Origin: a virus
Taxonomy: Duplodnaviria; Caudoviricetes
IMG/VR virus record: IMGVR_UViG_3300021255_005861
Coordinates: 96,001 to 160,000 of that record
Length of the DNA: 64,000 nt
Direction: 5' to 3' (one strand)
A program made the position numbers and the translations under genes. A model generated the notes under the pieces. The model ran no database searches. It had not been told where the DNA came from and saw nothing but the letters and a program-made list of their open reading frames with translations. Positions 9,828 to 18,244 of the stretch are shown here, piece after piece; positions within the stretch are counted from its first letter, which is position 1, and the number at the start of each line of letters is the position of its first letter.

Positions 9828-9895
9828 AATTCCCCCGGCAGGGAACTAAAAAGCCGCCGGGGGAATTGCTTTTAGCAATATCGTTTTAGTTTCCT
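9828..9895 (-). promoter_or_regulatory. 5'-leader hairpin/pseudoknot of 8108-9817
   Basis: 12-bp perfect stem; loop ttttagttccct pairs 11/12 with upstream aggaaactaaaa. Confidence 0.55.
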
Positions 9896-10122
9896 ACCGA
9901 ATCCGTGGACCGTCCTCGCGTGTTTGCTAAAAGCAAGACAGTCCTATGTACTCTCTAAAGATACATTGTTTTTCGGCAGAAGTCAATAGGCCATTGAACT
10001 AAAGCACGTATTTTCCGTACATAAAAATATAGGTTTTTGGCAAAATCCCTCCCGTTTGCGCCCTGAATAATATATATTTGGAATAACAAGGGGGAAAAAT
10101 TTCCCCGTTCCGAGGAATTGAC

Positions 10123-10611
10123 ATGTACAGATATATCGTATCCGCCGACACCGGCGCATCCTACCAGCTCACGTCCGAGCACGCCGACGCCACCTTCACC
10201 GTGGGCGCCGCCGACAAGACCCTCACCCTCATCGACACTGGCAAGACCGGCGAGCAGGTGTGGATCAAGGGCGACCGCCTCTCCATCAAGCGGGCCTGCA
10301 TCTCCAACAACACGGCCAGCGTGAACGGCAACGGCACGCTCGCGGCCAAGCTGACCTGCAAGCTGGTGCGGAAGGATTCGGGTGAGGACACCGACTTCGA
10401 CCCGTTCGTGCTTCCGCTGTCCAAGTGGGGCGTGTGGGAGGACAAGACGATAGTGCTCGTGCGCAAGGACGGCCCGTCGGACGCGGAGTACACGATAGTC
10501 CTGGACAAGGACGGGCAGTTCAACCTGTGGGACTTCAACGTGCTGGACGGCCTCAAGGACATGTACGTCAACCCCGTGCTCGAGCTGGACATCTCCGAGG
10601 GCGGGGTCTAG
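10123..10611 (+). CDS. Hypothetical protein (possibly virion)
   Basis: Strong phage codon bias, RBS. Confidence 0.65.
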   Translation: MYRYIVSADTGASYQLTSEHADATFTVGAADKTLTLIDTGKTGEQVWIKGDRLSIKRACISNNTASVNGNGTLAAKLTCKLVRKDSGEDTDFDPFVLPLSKWGVWEDKTIVLVRKDGPSDAEYTIVLDKDGQFNLWDFNVLDGLKDMYVNPVLELDISEGGV

Positions 10612-10645
10612 AATCTGCCACTTAACAAATAAAGGAAAGAAACTC

Positions 10646-11071
10646 ATGAAGAAGTTCGAATGCTCAATGGCAAAGAAATTGGAGTCCCTCGCTAAGAACG
10701 AGGATTCCGTTGGACTTAAACCCCTGGATCGCTACAAGGTACCGACGTCCATGGCTGACGAGATGCGCCTTGACGCCAAGTCCGGTATTGGCGACCTCGA
10801 GGACTTCGCCCGCAAGTACCGCAAGGTGGAATTGAAGGACGTGTCCCATGGATACGTTGACGGCGGCGACGTCGTGTTCAGGAAGTACCGCCTTACGGTG
10901 CCCAACGACCCGGTGGCTATCAAGCAGGGGGCGGATAAGGTCAAGACGTTCTTCCTCAACGTCGGATGGAACAACAAAGACGGGGTTCCGTATGTATCCC
11001 TCAGCGGCTCTCGTTTCGGCAGCGTGCCGGAACTCGTGGACGCTATGTCGGACTACATGGACCACCTGTAA
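10646..11071 (+). CDS. Hypothetical protein
   Basis: RBS AAGGA, codon bias. Confidence 0.65.
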   Translation: MKKFECSMAKKLESLAKNEDSVGLKPLDRYKVPTSMADEMRLDAKSGIGDLEDFARKYRKVELKDVSHGYVDGGDVVFRKYRLTVPNDPVAIKQGADKVKTFFLNVGWNNKDGVPYVSLSGSRFGSVPELVDAMSDYMDHL

Positions 11072-11241
11072 TGGCGGAGAGAATGACGGAGATAGCGTGA
11101 AGTAACTGGCTCTGTTTCCGTTTTTTTCGTTATTTTAGGCATTCTAATGTCGGAGAGATTTGGTGTGGAGTTAGCTGCCACTCTGCGCTGGGGTTAAGGT
11201 AGAGTGGTGGCGGGCGGAGTCCTCCGGGGCTCCGTCTTTTA
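11071..11241 (+). ncRNA. Candidate structured RNA: three hairpins ending in an intrinsic terminator
   Basis: G-U-rich long stem, gctgccactctgc/gtagagtggtggc stem, ggcggagtcc-tccg-gggctccgtc followed by a T-run. Confidence 0.4.
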
Positions 11242-11290
11242 TTATTTGTTTCTTACGTTTGCACTATCTTGTGGAAAGTTTGTTATATTT
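11242..11290 (+). promoter_or_regulatory. Repeated promoter-like motif TTATTTRTTTCTTAC-N24/25-GTTATMTT (also at 11551 and 13075)
   Basis: Three near-identical copies, each just upstream of a small-gene run. Confidence 0.6.
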
Positions 11291-11296
11291 ATCGGT

Positions 11297-11542
11297 ATGT
11301 CCAGGAAATCCCGCATAGCCTCCCGCCTCGCCGTGTTCCACGTACGGCTAATTCGCACGAGGGGCGGGTACATGTTCTTCTCGGATCCGGTACCTGTTGG
11401 CGAACACGACTGCACCTACTCGCAGGTAACGGGGATACGCAGGCTCGCTGACCTCCCCGAGGACGAGTGGGTGAGACGGGGTGCTCGGTTTGCAAGGCTA
11501 GCCTGCCCCGAACTCTGCGGGCATATCTTGGATGGAGTTTGA
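11297..11542 (+). CDS. Hypothetical protein
   Basis: ATG directly after the promoter motif. Confidence 0.5.
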   Translation: MSRKSRIASRLAVFHVRLIRTRGGYMFFSDPVPVGEHDCTYSQVTGIRRLADLPEDEWVRRGARFARLACPELCGHILDGV

Positions 11543-11607
11543 GAAAATTATTATTTATTTCTTACGTTTTGTGTTTCTTATTTTAAATAAGTTATCTTTA
11601 GGCTAGG

Positions 11608-11961
11608 ATGAACCAAACTGATTACGTTGCAGAGATAGAGAGGCTCAAGCGCCGCATCGAGGACATACAGGCGTCCAACTACGCCGTATGCACCGACCTC
11701 GGCATGGACTGTCGTCGGTACCTACGGGAACTCTGGCGCTCCCGTGCCCGCAACGCACACACGCAGGTGCGGTTCTGGACGGTGCGCAACGCCTGCGCCT
11801 TTACTCCAGCCAACATTGAGGGGCGCATCCCCGGCATCCTCAAGGACGCACCCGCGGTCAAGGGGGTGCTGCGTACCCAGGGCGAGTGGATCCGTATCTG
11901 GGAGAGGGTGGAGAAGATATGCTCGGAATACGCTTTGAATTATACAAATACGCTAAGGTAG
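11608..11961 (+). CDS. Hypothetical protein
   Basis: ORF after the promoter motif. Confidence 0.6.
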   Translation: MNQTDYVAEIERLKRRIEDIQASNYAVCTDLGMDCRRYLRELWRSRARNAHTQVRFWTVRNACAFTPANIEGRIPGILKDAPAVKGVLRTQGEWIRIWERVEKICSEYALNYTNTLR

Positions 11962-11967
11962 AAAACA

Positions 11968-12318
11968 ATGGAAAAGATAACGGACCTAACTAAATCGGAC
12001 GTGCGCCACTACGTGCGCGACCACTTTTACAGTTCCGACACTTTTTTCGGGCAGCGGACTCCCGACGAGATACTCCACCTGCCGGCACGCTACGGCGACA
12101 CCTGCATCGTATGCGGAATCCCCGACGAGCAATTAAAGGTGGACGGGAAGCCCCAGTTCCACAAGGACGGCACCCCCGTAATGGTGCCGGGGATAGCCAC
12201 CATCGACGGCGTGTCCGTCCGCAACGGGGACTGGTTATTGCGCTGCAATGGATGGACTATAATTGATTCAATAATGGAGAAGGAAGATGACCTTGGACGG
12301 AAAGAAACTAATCGCTGA
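11968..12318 (+). CDS. Hypothetical protein
   Basis: Operonic ORF. Confidence 0.6.
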   Translation: MEKITDLTKSDVRHYVRDHFYSSDTFFGQRTPDEILHLPARYGDTCIVCGIPDEQLKVDGKPQFHKDGTPVMVPGIATIDGVSVRNGDWLLRCNGWTIIDSIMEKEDDLGRKETNR

Positions 12319-12910
12319 CTCCCTGCAGGTCGTGACCGCATTGCGGGGCATGGCTCCCACCGTGTCCCTCGAGCGGGGCAACGTGGCGGGTATGCCCGTA
12401 CTCGTGGCCCACGTGAACTGGGGCGAGCCCTCGTTCTGCGGGAATACGCCCGTGGACTGCGCACGTGTTACTATCACCCCGAGGAGCGCAACCGTGGACG
12501 GCGATTATGGCACCTACGTGTTCGCCAAGAACATCCGCGACCCCTTCACGTTCTTCGTAGGTCGCAACCCCGACTTCTTCTACTGGAGCGAGAAGATCGA
12601 GTCTGCCCCGCGATGGTACTATGACAAGGAGGTGGACGGGGACCTGCTCCGGCAGAACCTACAGGAGGCCCTGGATACCCGCTTCAGCCCCGGCGAGTTT
12701 GATGCGGAGTCCTTGCCCGATGCCGACCGCTATACTCCCGAGTCCTGGTATGACGTCATCTCTGCCGAGGCGGAGCGGAACGAGTGGGGTCTGGACTCCG
12801 AGGAGATAGGCGGCATCGTGTCATCGTCCACCAAGCCGGACAAGTGCTTCGTGTCCGTGTGCTACATCCTGCAATACGTAGAGAACCTCGCAAAGTACGG
12901 AGAGAACTAA
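12287..12910 (+). CDS. Hypothetical phage protein
   Basis: GDYGTYVF...YWSEKI segment; operonic. Confidence 0.65.
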   Translation: MTLDGKKLIADSLQVVTALRGMAPTVSLERGNVAGMPVLVAHVNWGEPSFCGNTPVDCARVTITPRSATVDGDYGTYVFAKNIRDPFTFFVGRNPDFFYWSEKIESAPRWYYDKEVDGDLLRQNLQEALDTRFSPGEFDAESLPDADRYTPESWYDVISAEAERNEWGLDSEEIGGIVSSSTKPDKCFVSVCYILQYVENLAKYGEN

Positions 12911-12911
12911 C

Positions 12912-13073
12912 ATGGAGAGTCCGCACATATTTATCGTGTCCCTAGATGGGAAACCTCACCGCTTCTTCGACTTCAAGGACGCTGTGGCGTATGCAACCCG
13001 TGAGATAATGTACAATGACCGCATAGTGGTGTCGCAGAACGGCAAGGAACGCCTCGTTATTCAATGGAAATAA
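12912..13073 (+). CDS. Small hypothetical protein (53 aa)
   Basis: MESPHIFIVSLDGK...; fills the gap exactly. Confidence 0.5.
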   Translation: MESPHIFIVSLDGKPHRFFDFKDAVAYATREIMYNDRIVVSQNGKERLVIQWK

Positions 13074-13243
13074 CTTATTTGTTTCTTACACCGTGTAACT
13101 TTATCGGAAAATTAGTTATATTGTAGGTACACGATAACCACAGAGTGAAGGAACTAATCGATAATGAAGGATAGACTCATCACATACTTCATCGGCCTGT
13201 TCTGCGGGATAGGATTCTCCGCGACCATCATCACGTTCATTAA

Positions 13244-13765
13244 GTGGATAATGGAATGACAAAAACACCGATACCCGGAAATATCCGAGATATGTTCAAC
13301 CGTTTTGGCAGGTGGAAGCCTACCTCGCTGGAGTCCCTCCGCGAGGCTTGCCACCGCATGCTCACGGCATGCAACGACACGCTGTCCATGCCGAAGGACA
13401 GCAGGTTCGTGTCCAAGCTGCCCGGACGCATATATGTTTCCAATAATGGCATTACCCTCGACTACTACCTCGCCCTCTCCGCCGAGGGGGACACGCTCAA
13501 GTGCCTGCGACTAGGCAAGAAGAACCGGATCGGGGAGCGGGAACTTACCCGAGTGTCCCTGCGCCCCACGGGGCTAGTCGAGAAGGGATTTACGGCGGAT
13601 GGCCTGCACGGCACCATTGTCAAGTTTTCCGCCATAACGTCCCGAGAGGCTGCCGACGGCATCCTGTCCGTGGCGAGGGAGTATGCGGGTGCGTTGCTCA
13701 AGGACGTGGATGCGTTCGGGTACAAGTCGGTTAGACCGAGGAAGAGAGCATGTGGAAGAAAGTAG
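13244..13765 (+). CDS. Hypothetical protein
   Basis: Operonic ORF. Confidence 0.55.
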   Translation: MDNGMTKTPIPGNIRDMFNRFGRWKPTSLESLREACHRMLTACNDTLSMPKDSRFVSKLPGRIYVSNNGITLDYYLALSAEGDTLKCLRLGKKNRIGERELTRVSLRPTGLVEKGFTADGLHGTIVKFSAITSREAADGILSVAREYAGALLKDVDAFGYKSVRPRKRACGRK

Positions 13766-13848
13766 ATGAGGAGAAGCCGCCCGTGGACGGGGATAAGTGG
13801 TGTCCGTGTCCCGACGGCTACGACGATTAACCACAAAGGAACAGGACT

Positions 13849-14061
13849 ATGGCAATATGCGAATTTTGCGGGAAAGAAGTTCCCGAAGAAGATACCTACC
13901 TTTACGAAATGACCTGCCCGAACGGTGCGGTGTATTCCCACGACATTTGTCCCGACTGTGCGTCTGCGATTGTCGGGACTGTAAACAAGGTCCGCAGCGA
14001 ACGCAGCCGTAAAGTGAGCCAGGAACACTTGTATGACGATGTTCCAGGCGAAGTTCTTTAA
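13849..14061 (+). CDS. Small zinc-finger protein
   Basis: CEFC...CPDC. Confidence 0.6.
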   Translation: MAICEFCGKEVPEEDTYLYEMTCPNGAVYSHDICPDCASAIVGTVNKVRSERSRKVSQEHLYDDVPGEVL

Positions 14062-14076
14062 GCACAGGAAAACCCT

Positions 14077-14355
14077 ATGAATACAGCAATCTGCATTACA
14101 GCAATTATCGTCGCAGGCATTGTGGCTATTGTCGCATTGTCGCAGTATCACCTTCGTAAGACCACCTGCAAGCACAAGTGGAAAATCATTGATTCGGACG
14201 TTAAGGAATTTTATAGGGAACGACCATCATTGAATTACAGCAGTCGCTACAACTTGAAAATCTATACGCTCCAATGTGACCACTGCGGGGAAGTCCGTAT
14301 GGTTACGGACGAGGAACTTACGGAGCGTTTCCGCAATAAACTGTCTAACGGTTAG
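14077..14355 (+). CDS. Small membrane-anchored protein with zinc-ribbon motif
   Basis: N-terminal TM segment, CKHKW...CDHCG. Confidence 0.6.
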   Translation: MNTAICITAIIVAGIVAIVALSQYHLRKTTCKHKWKIIDSDVKEFYRERPSLNYSSRYNLKIYTLQCDHCGEVRMVTDEELTERFRNKLSNG

Positions 14356-14358
14356 GAT

Positions 14359-14679
14359 ATGGATATGGCTACACAGATACCCGATATTGCTTTGGAAATT
14401 ACTTTGTCGTGGTTGGCACGGTTCAACCGCCACGAATTTTTTACGAAGGAACTTTACAAGAAACTGCCCGCTTACAAGAAAAGCGGTATTAGACGGGACA
14501 AGACCGAAATCCAGGTGGCGTTTATCTGCAAGGCGTTGCAGGACAGGGGCATTTATATGACACCCTGCGGTATCGCCTGGTGCCACGTATGGGACGACTC
14601 CGAAACCGTGACGGAATACCTGGAACGCTATCAGCCTATCTTTGACGGCTACGTGGCGTGGTGTGCGAAGCAGAGGTAG
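14359..14679 (+). CDS. Hypothetical protein
   Basis: Operonic ORF. Confidence 0.55.
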   Translation: MDMATQIPDIALEITLSWLARFNRHEFFTKELYKKLPAYKKSGIRRDKTEIQVAFICKALQDRGIYMTPCGIAWCHVWDDSETVTEYLERYQPIFDGYVAWCAKQR

Positions 14680-14682
14680 CGT

Positions 14683-15231
14683 ATGTCCGAAGACGACCTT
14701 TACAGACCGCTCAACAGCCAGGGAATGAATGTCTTTGACATTATGGAGTTCCACGGAATGACAGGTCCCGTGAAAATTGTCAAGGACGTGTTGGCTGCGA
14801 AGAATGCCGAAATCGCACGGTTGCAGGAACGCAACGGGCATATTGACGACGGCAGGGTGAAACTGTTGGAAGCCCACGCCAGGACCTTGCAGGACACTGT
14901 GAACAGCCTGCAAGCCGACCTGGAACAAGTCCGCATTTTTATCAAGGCTTTGGACGTTACGAAGTTGGTTGCGGAGCGTGACAGCCTATCCAGGCAGAAT
15001 GAAGAACTAATCGCAGAAGTTGAAGACTACAAAGAGAAGTATTGCAAGTGGCGTAATCTTACACGGGACATTTGCACAGTGTTCGGGGACTCAACCTACA
15101 CCTACGTGGCTATGGAGGGTTGGTTGAAGAAAATGTGCGATGCCGACGTTTTGGACCGATACCTGGCTTTGGCTGACGACGTATGCAAACGCTTGCTGAA
15201 AGTCAAGCCCCACGAATGGGATAGCAACTAA
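14683..15231 (+). CDS. Coiled-coil protein; last codons supplied by the IS left end
   Basis: Heptad pattern; element junction at 15220/15221. Confidence 0.6.
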   Translation: MSEDDLYRPLNSQGMNVFDIMEFHGMTGPVKIVKDVLAAKNAEIARLQERNGHIDDGRVKLLEAHARTLQDTVNSLQADLEQVRIFIKALDVTKLVAERDSLSRQNEELIAEVEDYKEKYCKWRNLTRDICTVFGDSTYTYVAMEGWLKKMCDADVLDRYLALADDVCKRLLKVKPHEWDSN

Positions 15232-15354
15232 TAATCGTATTTTACCAACAATTAGGGGTTTAGGCATTTTCTACATAAAATTTTCTTGAAAATTCCCTTG
15301 ATTTCCAATGAAAATAAATGTAGATTGTTATAAACTTTAAGTGTATGCAAGTTC

Positions 15355-15433
15355 GTGGTGGTTCTTGTATATAGGAATGGACTTTGAATGCCCGTTGGAT
15401 GCTAACCACCACTTTAAGCGTCTAACGGGCATT
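15355..15433 (+). promoter_or_regulatory. 5'-leader pseudoknot of tnpB copy A
   Basis: gtggtggtt/aaccaccac plus a 17-bp stem; covaries with copy B. Confidence 0.7.
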
Positions 15434-15442
15434 TGCTATTGT

Positions 15443-16834
15443 ATGGAACAGCAGTGCGGACGGAAAATATGCTTGAAACCGAGCAAGGCACAGGTACGGA
15501 CGATGTACCGTATGTGTGCCGTCTCCCGCCGTGCCTACAACTGGAAACTGGCCGAGCAGAACAAGGCTTACGAGGAAGCCAAGGCCAACACGCCGGAAGG
15601 CGAGAAGGTCAAATGCACCCTCGGAACGCCGAGGGACTGGCACAAGGAATGGTGCATCTACAAGAAGCTCCCTGATAACAAGTGGATGACGGAAGTTTCC
15701 AAGTTCTGTGGCCAGGAAGCACTAATCGACCTCGGTTCCGCATGGAAGCGTTTCTTCAAAGGATTAGCCAAGCATCCACGCTTCCACCGCTATAACCAGG
15801 ACAACTCGTTCCGCTGCTCAGGTGGTGTATTCATCGGTCATGATTTCGTCCAGCTCCCTACCCTCGGCAGAATCAAGCTCCGCGAGAAGGACTACATCAA
15901 GATACCGAAGGATGCCGAGAAGATACCGCTTGCCATGGCGACCGTATCGGTGGATGCCGCTGGTAAATGGTATGTCTCCTTTGCCTATGTAGCCGACATC
16001 GTTCCAGTCCACGAATCCATATCTTCGTTCGATGAGCAGGACATCGTAGGCGTCGATTTCGGTGTGAAGGACCTCGCAATCACGAGCGACGGCATCGTGT
16101 ATGCCAACCCGAAAGCCTATCGCCATGCAAAGGCTAGGCTCCGTCGTGCTCAACGGGCACTCTCCCGCAAGAAGAAACACTCCAAGAATAGGGAACGGTG
16201 CAAGAAACTACTTGGTAGAATCCACCGCAGAATAACCAACATCCGTGTCAATGCGGCTCATCAGTTTACCGCTGACATTACAAAACACACGAAGCCGAAG
16301 GCTATAGTCATCGAGGACTTGAAGCCAAAGAACATGTCCAAGAACCATAAATTGGCTTCGGCTATCCTCGATGCCAACTTTGGTAGGATGAGGCAGTTCC
16401 TTGAATACAAGTGTGCATGGTTAGGCATACTGCTGTTCTTCGCTCCGCAGTTCTATGCTTCGTCAAGATATTGCTCCCACTGCGGGCAATACTACAACAA
16501 GGATTTGACCCTGGACGACAGGGAGTGGGTATGCCCGGTATGCGGACATAAACACGACAGAGATTACAATGCAGCCAGGAACTTGCAGTTCTATGGCCTG
16601 TGGCTACTAAATCTAGTAGTCCCAACTAATGACAATGCGGTGAGATACACCGTAAGCGACAATTCCGTTGCGAATGCTTGCCCCCACGGCAACGCCCAGT
16701 GCGTTACCTATCGGGAAGGTATGGTTTACACCAGCCCCAGAGACATGAGGTTGCAGTTCTTTGAAACACAGGAACAGTGCATGGCGATGAAGCAAGAAAT
16801 CACCAATACATATTTAATTGGTAGAAATGTGTAG
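15443..16834 (+). CDS. tnpB: TnpB RNA-guided nuclease
   Basis: GVDFG, IVIEDL, CSHC..CPVC, HDRDYNAA; C-terminal tail overlaps the omega-RNA region. Confidence 0.92.
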   Translation: MEQQCGRKICLKPSKAQVRTMYRMCAVSRRAYNWKLAEQNKAYEEAKANTPEGEKVKCTLGTPRDWHKEWCIYKKLPDNKWMTEVSKFCGQEALIDLGSAWKRFFKGLAKHPRFHRYNQDNSFRCSGGVFIGHDFVQLPTLGRIKLREKDYIKIPKDAEKIPLAMATVSVDAAGKWYVSFAYVADIVPVHESISSFDEQDIVGVDFGVKDLAITSDGIVYANPKAYRHAKARLRRAQRALSRKKKHSKNRERCKKLLGRIHRRITNIRVNAAHQFTADITKHTKPKAIVIEDLKPKNMSKNHKLASAILDANFGRMRQFLEYKCAWLGILLFFAPQFYASSRYCSHCGQYYNKDLTLDDREWVCPVCGHKHDRDYNAARNLQFYGLWLLNLVVPTNDNAVRYTVSDNSVANACPHGNAQCVTYREGMVYTSPRDMRLQFFETQEQCMAMKQEITNTYLIGRNV

Positions 16835-16836
16835 AA

Positions 16837-17070
16837 ATGATTTATCGGAAGGAATTGTTTTCTTATGGGGCAGGTTTTCTCGGCTCGTGTACGCAGTATG
16901 TTGGTAAGGCGGGTAAGCATGAGATTGCCGGTATACTTGGTGTTTCCTCGGAATTATACATTTCCGAGGATGGTACTTTAAAGAGCAAGAGTACTATTCC
17001 GTTTGAATCCTTCCATGACAAGGACTTTGCTATCTTAGCCAAGTCCATCCGTGAACTGGAGGGCTTATGA
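16837..17070 (+). CDS. Hypothetical protein (start codon lies in the IS end)
   Basis: ORF track only. Confidence 0.35.
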   Translation: MIYRKELFSYGAGFLGSCTQYVGKAGKHEIAGILGVSSELYISEDGTLKSKSTIPFESFHDKDFAILAKSIRELEGL

Positions 17071-17169
17071 TTCGTACCGTGCTCGACCTCGCCATTGATA
17101 TCGCCTTCGTGGGGGCGCTCCTCTGCGGTACCGCCCTTATCTATGTATTTTCAAACTAGGAGAACCTTT

Positions 17170-17337
17170 ATGCAGTTCAAACTACGTAAGGCCTCGGACT
17201 ATTTTATGGATAATCAAGAGGATGTGGATGTCTCTACGTTAGAGGATTTGCAGGAACTCTGCTTGCGCTACGACAAGGAACTTATCGTGGATTTTCGGGA
17301 TAACACTATTGTGGTGTACGATTCTTATATTGAGTAG
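17170..17337 (+). CDS. Small hypothetical protein
   Basis: RBS AGGAG; MQFKLRKASD...IVVYDSYIE. Confidence 0.65.
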   Translation: MQFKLRKASDYFMDNQEDVDVSTLEDLQELCLRYDKELIVDFRDNTIVVYDSYIE

Positions 17338-17347
17338 GTAGGCGATT

Positions 17348-17764
17348 ATGAAAAATATGGAAAAGAAAATCAAGGAAAGTCCCTTGCTGAAAGATTTGAT
17401 GTTCAGCGGAGATGATTTAGATGCAATTCGCAATGTTGTTCTGGAGGCAATTTGCAAGTACCATAATTTAGTAGATACCGACCGCTTGATAAATAATCAA
17501 GCGGAAATGCGATATGTATATCATGCCTGGGAACGTACGGATGAACTAGAAACTAAATTATACTATTGTACTATGCAGGACGCATCTGAAGATTATATTG
17601 GTACAACTCATGGTGTAGAGGCAACATTACGGCGACCGCAGACAATAATCTACACGCATGCATATACCGTAATCACTCCGGTAGACGTCATTGAAAGATA
17701 TATACAAAAGGACTATCGTATAGATACATCTATGCACTTTAAACTTTATAAAAGGTTTGAATAA
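17348..17764 (+). CDS. Hypothetical protein (AT-rich)
   Basis: ORF track. Confidence 0.55.
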   Translation: MKNMEKKIKESPLLKDLMFSGDDLDAIRNVVLEAICKYHNLVDTDRLINNQAEMRYVYHAWERTDELETKLYYCTMQDASEDYIGTTHGVEATLRRPQTIIYTHAYTVITPVDVIERYIQKDYRIDTSMHFKLYKRFE

Positions 17765-17779
17765 TTTTCATTTTCTCTC

Positions 17780-17808
17780 TTGACGGAAACCTTTTTATAT
17801 TATATATT
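17780..17808 (+). promoter_or_regulatory. Sigma70-type promoter for the tRNA cluster
   Basis: TTGACG-N17-TATATT. Confidence 0.7.
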
Positions 17809-17833
17809 TGAATCTGAAAAGGAAAAACTCTCT

Positions 17834-17917
17834 ATGCTGAAGACAAACGCAAATAAAAATTTCTTCCGTGCCACGGCCAGTTTCGTGGGCGGTTCTGCGA
17901 ATATCCAGCGGTGGTAG
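17834..17917 (+). CDS. Leader peptide MLKTNANKNFFRATASFVGGSANIQRW
   Basis: AAGGA RBS; 27 codons; 3' end overlaps the antiterminator strand. Confidence 0.65.
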   Translation: MLKTNANKNFFRATASFVGGSANIQRW

Positions 17918-17974
17918 AGTTTTTCCAAGTGCTTAACGAGAATAGCCCCCCGCTGGAACAAGCGGGGCCTTTTT
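17904..17974 (+). terminator. Attenuator: antiterminator and intrinsic terminator
   Basis: tccagcgg (17904-11) pairs with ccgctgga (17950-57), exclusive with the ccccgct/agcgggg stem followed by T5. Confidence 0.7.
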
Positions 17975-17981
17975 CGTATAT

Positions 17982-18054
17982 GCCAAGGCATCCTATCGTG
18001 GGAAAGGACGGGACTGAAAATCTCAGAAACCCGGTTCAACTCCGGGACTTGGCA
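17982..18054 (+). tRNA. tRNA-Phe(GAA), several stem mismatches
   Basis: Cloverleaf, loop CTGAAAA, T-arm cccgg-TTCAACT-ccggg. Confidence 0.75.
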
Positions 18055-18063
18055 CGAACATAT

Positions 18064-18137
18064 CGGCGTGTGGCGCAACTGGATAGCGCAGCGGACCTTT
18101 AATCCGCGGGGTCTAGGTTCAAGTCCTGGTACGCCGA
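18064..18137 (+). tRNA. tRNA-Lys(TTT) with C33
   Basis: gcgga-CCTTTAA-tccgc anticodon arm; full cloverleaf. Confidence 0.8.
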
Positions 18138-18142
18138 CTCTT

Positions 18143-18215
18143 GGGACGGTAGCTCAGTTGGTAGAGCGCCTGCCTTGCAAGCAGGGGGTTGTCGGTTCGA
18201 TCCCGACCCGCTCCA
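18143..18215 (+). tRNA. tRNA-Ala(TGC)
   Basis: cctgc-CTTGCAA-gcagg; G3:U70 pair. Confidence 0.92.
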
Positions 18216-18244
18216 TACAATATTTTAGGAATGTTAGCATCGTG

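Larger units (their letters stand above)
15221..16848 (+). mobile_element. Non-autonomous IS607-type tnpB element, copy A
   Basis: Ends shared with 21681-23298 (ATGGG|ayrgcaact ... tagaaatgtgtagaaatgatttatcGG); no tnpA. Confidence 0.85.
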
